Source of the DNA: an uncultured Clostridia bacterium
Lineage (GTDB): Bacteria; Bacillota; Clostridia; Peptostreptococcales; Anaerovoracaceae
NCBI GenBank assembly: GCA_963558965.1
Contig: CAUWIT010000008.1
Location: 11,423-75,422, forward strand
Direction of reading: 5' to 3'
DNA length: 64,000 nucleotides
In this document: positions 57,839 to 64,000 of the stretch, in pieces
Layout: each line of letters opens with the position of its first letter
Position numbering within the stretch: the first letter of the stretch is position 1
Program-made: the position numbers and the translations under genes
The notes under the pieces: model-generated
What the model saw: only the letters and a program-made list of their open reading frames with translations
Told to the model about the DNA's origin: nothing
The model's database searches: none

Positions 57839-58770
57839 CTGTAAATACCGTACTTGATTTTAATCCTTTCAAGTTTTTTTATAAAACTATCTCCAAATAA
57901 AAATACGCAAATAGATGCTGTCAAAGCATGTACAAAATCATATGGAACTCCAGCTATATACAAAAGCTTTATTCCCTCCAAAGTGATTTTGCCTCCTCCT
58001 GGCATATTGGCATTGTTTACTACACTGCTTATATTCATAATGCCTCCATAGATAATAAAGGTCATAAGAAATGTCATAACCCCCATAGTTATCCCATCTA
58101 TAGGAAACTGCTTTCGCTGTAGAAGCAATCCGATCACAAGGCCTACACCTCCAAAAAGATAAAGTCTCCATCCTAAAAATCCATCTTTATCAGGCCAAAT
58201 TAAATAAACTATATACGCAACTAATATTGCAAAAACTATAGATAAAATAGGTCCTGCAACAACCTTAAAAGTTCGAGATTTCAGCTCTTCGTTTCTATCT
58301 TTGTTAAAAATAAGGCCTTCTAAAAATCCAAGAAGTCCCCAGCAAAACATCTGCCACGGAGTCCACGGCCCTTGACCCATATAAAAATTACATATCAGTC
58401 TGGACAAAGCCCCTATTAAAAATCCCGCTTCCGGCCCTAGAGCGATACCTGAAATAACCACCATAGCCGTACCTATTTGTATAGGCATAATAATATGAAA
58501 AAATGTATGCACAGTAACTGTTATAGCGCTCATCATAGCAATCAGCATTATCTCTCTAGCTTTTGGTTTTCGCTTTTCAAATACCATAAAAAATGGAGCC
58601 ATCGTTGCCGCCAAAATTATAAAGCTAACTAGCATATACATATTTTCCCCAAGCAATTTGTAACATAAAAATGAAGCTAAGGGAATCACAACTAAAATCA
58701 TGGCGCACATAACTTTCACACGTTTTTTGCTAGCCGCTTCGTACTGAGTTAAAGCACCTTCCTTAGCCAT
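57835..58770 (-). CDS. ECF transporter S component (CbrT-like, extended)
   Basis: GPEAGFLIGALS, GQGPWTPWQM..WG; lies in a B12-riboswitch operon. Confidence 0.85.
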   Translation of the reverse strand: MAKEGALTQYEAASKKRVKVMCAMILVVIPLASFLCYKLLGENMYMLVSFIILAATMAPFFMVFEKRKPKAREIMLIAMMSAITVTVHTFFHIIMPIQIGTAMVVISGIALGPEAGFLIGALSRLICNFYMGQGPWTPWQMFCWGLLGFLEGLIFNKDRNEELKSRTFKVVAGPILSIVFAILVAYIVYLIWPDKDGFLGWRLYLFGGVGLVIGLLLQRKQFPIDGITMGVMTFLMTFIIYGGIMNISSVVNNANMPGGGKITLEGIKLLYIAGVPYDFVHALTASICVFLFGDSFIKKLERIKIKYGIYR

Positions 58771-60398
58771 TGCTCCGCCTCCTCACAAGTCACTATATTT
58801 TCATTGTAGTTTCTAAACAACTTATTTGCAGAAGTCGTATAAAAATTATTACCTGCAAAAAAGCTTTTACTTTGGTCGTATGAAACGATTTCACCATCAA
58901 AAAACATAGCGCATATTTCGCCGTACTGAGCACAAAATTCAATATCGTGGCTTACCATAAAAATCGTTTTGCCCTTATCAAGTAAATCAAAGAAAATCCT
59001 AGCCAAAGTTATTTTGAAAAAAGGATCAAGCCCCTTTGTCGGCTCATCTAACAAAATCACATCAGGCTCCGTTAACAAAACCTTACCAATAGCAAGTCTC
59101 TGTTTTTCACCACCTGATAAATCATAGGGATTTGCTTTGCGCAAATGGCCAATTTCCATAGTTTCAAGCATCTCCTCTACTTTTTTAATTTTATAATCAT
59201 CATCAAAAGCCATATGACTTATGCCTTCATACATCTCCTCTTCAACAGTTATTTCCGTAAAAAGGGCCTCTGGATTTTGTGGAACCATTGAAATTTTAGT
59301 ATCTTCCATATATTTGACTTTGCCCCTAAGAGGCTTAATATAGCCTGACACGGTTTTCAAAAGAGTGCTTTTCCCCGCTCCGTTTCCCCCTAACATGCAG
59401 TAAAAGCTTCCCTTAGGCACTTTTAAATCCACACCTTTTAAAATAAAATCCTGACCTTTGCCGTATTTAAACCACACATCCTTTAGCTCGATAATTCCCT
59501 GTTTATCGTCAAACTCAAAAGGTTTTTCCTCTCTTTTTACAGGAATAACATTTCGCGCTGCCAACTTTTCTTCTAACAAAAGTCTACCATCCCTTACAGT
59601 AAGCGGCGAATTACCTTGCCATTTCTCACCTTGAAAAATTTTCATAACAGTAGGAAATCCATAAAACATAGGATGTCTTTTTTCCACCGACGGTCCGTCT
59701 AATAACTTAACAACCTTTTTAGGACTTTCATTGGCAATAATTTTCCCTTCATCCATAACGATTATTTTATCCGCCATAGGTATAACTTCCTCTAGTCTGT
59801 GTTCAGATATAACAATCGTAGTCCCAAGCTCTTTATTTATCTTTTGCAAGGTATTTAAAAACTCAGAAGTCGCAATTGGATCAAGCTGAGAAGTAGGTTC
59901 ATCAAGTATTAGTATTTCAGGCTGCATAACCATTACAGATGCCAAATTTAACAGTTGTTTTTGTCCACCAGACAATTGAGTCACATCTTTTTGGAACCAT
60001 GTTTGTATGCCAAAATAGTTTGCCATCTCAGCAACACGCCTTTTGATAACCTGATTTGCCATTCCTAAATTTTCTAAACCAAAAGCCAGCTCGTGCCACA
60101 CTTTATCTGTAACGATTTGCGCTTCTGGATTTTGCTGGATAAAACCAATTTGACTTACGCTTTTGCGCTCATCTATCTCCTCTATTTCTGTGTTTTCTAT
60201 AAAAACCTGACCTGTTTTCTCTCCATATGGTATCATCTGCTTTTTCAAATGACGAAGCAACGTACTTTTACCACATCCAGATTTGCCACATACCACTGCA
60301 AATTGCGATTTTTCAATTGTGAGATTTATATCCTCAATAGCATTTTTTTTGGCTAGGGGATATTTAAAAGTTAAATTTTGGACTCTAATTTTTTCCAT
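58749..60398 (-). CDS. ECF transporter duplicated ATPase
   Basis: Two NBDs: GKSGCGKST/LSGGQKQ/LDEPT and GGNGAGKST/LSGGEKQR/LDEPT. Confidence 0.92.
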   Translation of the reverse strand: MEKIRVQNLTFKYPLAKKNAIEDINLTIEKSQFAVVCGKSGCGKSTLLRHLKKQMIPYGEKTGQVFIENTEIEEIDERKSVSQIGFIQQNPEAQIVTDKVWHELAFGLENLGMANQVIKRRVAEMANYFGIQTWFQKDVTQLSGGQKQLLNLASVMVMQPEILILDEPTSQLDPIATSEFLNTLQKINKELGTTIVISEHRLEEVIPMADKIIVMDEGKIIANESPKKVVKLLDGPSVEKRHPMFYGFPTVMKIFQGEKWQGNSPLTVRDGRLLLEEKLAARNVIPVKREEKPFEFDDKQGIIELKDVWFKYGKGQDFILKGVDLKVPKGSFYCMLGGNGAGKSTLLKTVSGYIKPLRGKVKYMEDTKISMVPQNPEALFTEITVEEEMYEGISHMAFDDDYKIKKVEEMLETMEIGHLRKANPYDLSGGEKQRLAIGKVLLTEPDVILLDEPTKGLDPFFKITLARIFFDLLDKGKTIFMVSHDIEFCAQYGEICAMFFDGEIVSYDQSKSFFAGNNFYTTSANKLFRNYNENIVTCEEAEQWLRKVL

Positions 60399-61258
60399 CT
60401 ATACTCTCCTGCTATATCTATAACTGGCGGGATTAGGCTTATTAAAAGAAACAATCCCATATTTAAAACAAATATCCAACTTATTTTTGGCAGTACCAAC
60501 ACTGGATAAAAATATATTTTAGTATTGACTAAATTTGCTAGCACTATTATGGCCATTATTGAAATTGCAAAAACTCCTATTAAAATTTTATCTCTCAAAG
60601 ACCATTTATACAGGTAAAAACTCGTCCTGCCTTTTAGTCCGTATCCTCTTGACGCCATGGAATCAGCGCTTTCAATAGATGACTCCAGCGACCAAGCTAT
60701 AAGTATTGAAACTTTTTTTACAAGTCCACCTTTTTTGCCTAAGCACTTTTGTCCCATATCTATTTCTTCATATCTGTTTTTTAACAATGGTATATATCTT
60801 AAAATCATGGAAATAAGCAGTCCAAATAGAGATGAAATCCTTGAAAAAAGGTACATTATCATCTCCCCATTCACTAAAATATTGAAGCAAGAAAACCATA
60901 TGATAACAGTTGAAATCATCACGCCAGAAAAAAGTCCAAATATGGCTGCTTCCAAAGTTATACGATTGGAGTTTATAAAAAACAGCACCGTTTCTCCATC
61001 GTGAGTAAACAATGTATTAAACACAGTGGTAAATACTATAGTCGACAAACATATAATCAGATTGAATTTTATCGCCTTACGTCCCTTTAATAAAATCGAA
61101 TAAAAAATAGCGACAATCATGGATAAAACCATAATACCTGGTGAAGCCATGGACATGGTAATCCCTATAACTATGGCAAAATATGCAAATATAACTAATG
61201 GGTGATAAGTTTTAAATTCGCATTCCTGTCCTATTCCATCTCTAACTAACTCCTTCAT
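60371..61258 (-). CDS. ECF transporter T component
   Basis: YHPL N-terminus, multi-TM, WSLESSIESADSMASRGYG. Confidence 0.9.
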   Translation of the reverse strand: MKELVRDGIGQECEFKTYHPLVIFAYFAIVIGITMSMASPGIMVLSMIVAIFYSILLKGRKAIKFNLIICLSTIVFTTVFNTLFTHDGETVLFFINSNRITLEAAIFGLFSGVMISTVIIWFSCFNILVNGEMIMYLFSRISSLFGLLISMILRYIPLLKNRYEEIDMGQKCLGKKGGLVKKVSILIAWSLESSIESADSMASRGYGLKGRTSFYLYKWSLRDKILIGVFAISIMAIIVLANLVNTKIYFYPVLVLPKISWIFVLNMGLFLLISLIPPVIDIAGEYRWKKLESKI

Positions 61259-61259
61259 T

Positions 61260-62261
61260 TTATATCCTTTTTTTACTAGATTTTGCAGCGTTGTTGCTGT
61301 CGATACCTATTTGCCAAAGGGCATTTGTCCAAGTCCCACAACTTGCAACCAATCTTTTTTTCAATTCTTTTGGCACGTCTTTTTTCTCAACCATGCCGCC
61401 CCTAGCATCAGCTAAATTTTTTAATTCTGCCAAGTCCATTTTGTCCTGATCAGTTAAATTTAAAACTCTGTATAGACAATTTGTTAAAGCCGGATTGTGT
61501 TTCCCTAGTTCCGTCTTTTTTCTGTAATCTATAAATGTGTTTGCAAATGGCTTAATTCGCTTTACCGGCTCTAAATCGATTTGAAATAAAACATTTCGCC
61601 ATGATCCAAAAGCCTTTAAAAGTTTATCTTTTTTATCCGTCGCAATTTCACTTTTTAAAGGCGCTCTGCCTACTTTGTACGCCTGCTCCTTTATATCCAA
61701 AAGCAAATTTTTTGTTTCCCTATCTAAATCCCTTTCTTTTTCCAGCTTTTTATTTTTCACTACCAAAGTATCAAGGCCTGCTTCTTTTACAATATCTCCC
61801 CAAGAAGTAGCATATTTTTTCAATTTTTCACTTATTTCTGGTACTTGATGAGGATGAGGAATGTATCCTTGGTTCTCTGTAATTTTTTGTAGTTCCTCTA
61901 TCAGTTTCTTTTTTTCGGCATTTTCTTCTTTTATCTTGTCTAAAGTTTTGCCACCACTGCCAGCAGCCTTACTTAAACCTGCTTCTTTCAAAGCATAAGG
62001 CCATTTTTCAAATCTAGTTTTTATATACTCTTTAAAAACTTTTGGAACTTCCTTTTGTGATGGCGTATGATTTAACAACTGAGCCTTTTTCCTCAGTATT
62101 TCCAATAGTTCTTTATCTGTGAAACTCTTATAAATCTGATACCCTATTTCATTTGCAATAGAATATCTCTCTATAAGTTTTTCATCTGCTCCTTCTGTAA
62201 GCACTAGTTTTCTAAATTGTTTTTTATATATTTCTATCTCTTTACTAGCTATATTTTTCAT
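61260..62261 (-). CDS. Protein with four homing-endonuclease-associated-like helical repeats
   Basis: Four ~45-aa repeats of the pattern L..L......G..P...E........F.SW...L..AGL; start 62261 after SD GAGGG. Confidence 0.65.
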   Translation of the reverse strand: MKNIASKEIEIYKKQFRKLVLTEGADEKLIERYSIANEIGYQIYKSFTDKELLEILRKKAQLLNHTPSQKEVPKVFKEYIKTRFEKWPYALKEAGLSKAAGSGGKTLDKIKEENAEKKKLIEELQKITENQGYIPHPHQVPEISEKLKKYATSWGDIVKEAGLDTLVVKNKKLEKERDLDRETKNLLLDIKEQAYKVGRAPLKSEIATDKKDKLLKAFGSWRNVLFQIDLEPVKRIKPFANTFIDYRKKTELGKHNPALTNCLYRVLNLTDQDKMDLAELKNLADARGGMVEKKDVPKELKKRLVASCGTWTNALWQIGIDSNNAAKSSKKRI

Positions 62262-62287
62262 ATGTCCCTCATCTAACTCATATATAC

Positions 62288-62314
62288 AAAAAAACTGCAA
62301 CTATTGTCGCAGTC
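62288..62314 (-). terminator. Attenuator terminator of cobalamin riboswitch 2
   Basis: GACTGCGAC-AATA-GTTGCAGT followed by a U tract on the minus strand. Confidence 0.8.
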
Positions 62315-62366
62315 CCTTATTTTTTACAACACAAAAACAACTTATCTGATCCTCCGTCAGTAAGTT

Positions 62367-62494
62367 AAAATATATATGCAGGTCTCTGGCTTAGGTTTTT
62401 AAATATCCTTCACAGTGGCGGGACCGCGCAGGACTTACACCTGCTTCCCTATTTACCAATTACATTTGCTTATGCAATTCGTACATATATTTTA
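62367..62494 (-). promoter_or_regulatory. Cobalamin riboswitch, short class-II type
   Basis: AATAGGGAAGCAGGTGTAAGTCCTGCGCGGTCCCGCCACTGTGAAGG...CCTAAGCCAGAGACCTGC; lacks the P8-P12 extension. Confidence 0.92.
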
Positions 62495-62738
62495 TTATTT
62501 TGCTATTTAGTATAATTTTATCCTTAAGTCAATTTAATGTAAATAGGTTTAAACAAATTTAGTCTTTAAACTCACCTAAAATTTACGACGTGTAGCAAAA
62601 GTCATTCCTGAATAATAAATATTATTTTTTGTAATGTCAATATATTTATATTAATACATTTTTCTGTGAATCTATTTACCTTTACGCTTTAGTATGGTAT
62701 AATTAAAAGGCTATTTATAATTGAAAGGAGGCGGTTTA

Positions 62739-64000
62739 GTGTTTAGACTAAGACGTAACAAAATAATTGCTGGTGAACAGACTCCATCTAATATACCAAA
62801 AATTTATCTAGCAGCTATGACAAAAAAGATAGAGTATACTAACCAGATTGATTCTTCCTTATACAAAAAATACAATGTGAAACGTGGATTAAGAAATGCC
62901 AACGGCACTGGTGTTGTTGTAGGATTGACTAACATTGGTGATATTCAGGGTTATGATGTTGATGAGAACGGAAACAAAGTTCCTGCTGAAGGAAGATTAT
63001 ACTATCGTGGCTACAATGTCCAGGATTTAGTAAACAGCTATATCCAAGAGGATCGTTTTGGATTTGAAGAGGTTACTTACCTACTTATGTTCGGTGAGCT
63101 TCCAACCAAAAGACAATTGGATGATTTCAAGGAGTATATTTCTAAAAAGAGAGAGCTTCCTGATGGATTTGCTCGCAATATGATTTTAACTACTCCTTCT
63201 AGAAGTATTATGAACAAACTGGCTCGTTCAGTGCTTGCTATGTACTGTTACGATGAAAATCCAGATGATACTTCTGTTGTAAATGTTTTAAGACAGTCTA
63301 TCGATTTAATCGGATATTTCCCTGCTTTACTTGCTTATGCATACCAGGCTAAATGTTCATTTTTCGATAATAAGACTTTGCACTTAAGATATCCTTTACC
63401 TGAGTTAAGCACAGCTGAAAATATCCTTCGCATGTCTAGACCTCATGCAAAATACACAGATTTTGAAGCAAAATGTTTGGATATTTGCTTGATTTTACAT
63501 GCTGAACACGGTGGTGGTAACAACTCTGCTTTTACTACTCACTTGGTTTCTTCTTCTGGTACTGATACTTATGCAGCTATTTCTGCGGCTATCGGTTCAT
63601 TAAAAGGACCTAAACACGGTGGAGCGAATATCAAAGTTATCCATATGATTGATGATTTAAAGGCTCATGTAAAAGATATTAACAACCACAAGGAAGTTGA
63701 CAACTACTTGATTAAAGTTTTAAAGAAACAGGCTAACGATAAGTCAGGTTTAGTTTATGGTATGGGACATGCTATTTATACAAAGTCTGATCCTCGTGCT
63801 GTTATACTTAAGGATATGGCTAAAAAGCTTGCTATGTCTACAGATAGAATGGATGATTATCTTCTTTGCAACTATATTGAAGAGCGTACACCAGAGCTTT
63901 ACGAAGAAGTACATGGACAGAAAAAAATGATGTGTGCCAATGTTGACCTTTACTCTGGATTTGTTTACTCAGCTCTTAATATTCCACATGATATTGCAAC
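62739..64000 (+). CDS. gltA: Citrate synthase (3' end truncated by the window)
   Basis: GTG start after SD AAGGAGG; EHGGGNNS, GPKHGGAN, GMGHAIY, ANVDLYSG. Confidence 0.92.
   Translation, partial: MFRLRRNKIIAGEQTPSNIPKIYLAAMTKKIEYTNQIDSSLYKKYNVKRGLRNANGTGVVVGLTNIGDIQGYDVDENGNKVPAEGRLYYRGYNVQDLVNSYIQEDRFGFEEVTYLLMFGELPTKRQLDDFKEYISKKRELPDGFARNMILTTPSRSIMNKLARSVLAMYCYDENPDDTSVVNVLRQSIDLIGYFPALLAYAYQAKCSFFDNKTLHLRYPLPELSTAENILRMSRPHAKYTDFEAKCLDICLILHAEHGGGNNSAFTTHLVSSSGTDTYAAISAAIGSLKGPKHGGANIKVIHMIDDLKAHVKDINNHKEVDNYLIKVLKKQANDKSGLVYGMGHAIYTKSDPRAVILKDMAKKLAMSTDRMDDYLLCNYIEERTPELYEEVHGQKKMMCANVDLYSGFVYSALNIPHDIA

Noticed and set aside
52-61810. Many short ORF-track entries antisense to or overlapping long genes (for example 1273-1557, 4023-4427, 27376-27822, 44150-44596, 53544-54215)
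   Set aside because: Shadow ORFs of real genes on the opposite strand; no SD, no recognisable motifs

Overview
Low-GC Clostridia-type chromosomal window (family not determinable; Anaerovoracaceae/Eubacterium-like is only a guess). 1-16 kb is mostly housekeeping: partial cdaA, hpf preceded by a compact raiA-motif RNA, comF, recD2, CCA-type nucleotidyltransferase, yhaM, nadE with a degenerate glutaminase domain, purC, a LysR gene flanked by two candidate small RNAs that share its operator, and uvrBA. 16-29.6 kb is an accessory patch: a LysR/flavodoxin/aldo-keto reductase redox cassette, a promoter-driven triple-repeat structured RNA with a compensatory base change, a TnpV-like pseudogene, and a complete type II-A CRISPR-Cas system (compact ~1090-aa Cas9, tracrRNA, cas1, cas2, long csn2, 19 repeats/18 spacers). 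29.7-41 kb holds a DUF4317-like gene, a secreted protein, an SOS-boxed Y-family polymerase/YolD operon interrupted by a 503-nt ORF-less IStron (group I intron with IS200/IS605-type ends), a Mur ligase, and a DtxR regulator next to a YbaN-ABC exporter operon. 41-62.5 kb is a ~21.5-kb cobalamin-riboswitch-controlled locus: an ECF transporter operon with a DUF4430 protein, a metal TIM-barrel enzyme and a repeat protein, followed by a MoxR-DUF58-pseudo-transglutaminase operon with DUF4430, alpha/alpha-barrel and beta-propeller surface proteins. The window ends in a partial citrate synthase. The best candidates for undescribed biology are the B12 surface system, the triple-repeat RNA, the mini-IStron and the LysR-sRNA pair. 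All family assignments come from motif recognition by eye; no database search was run.
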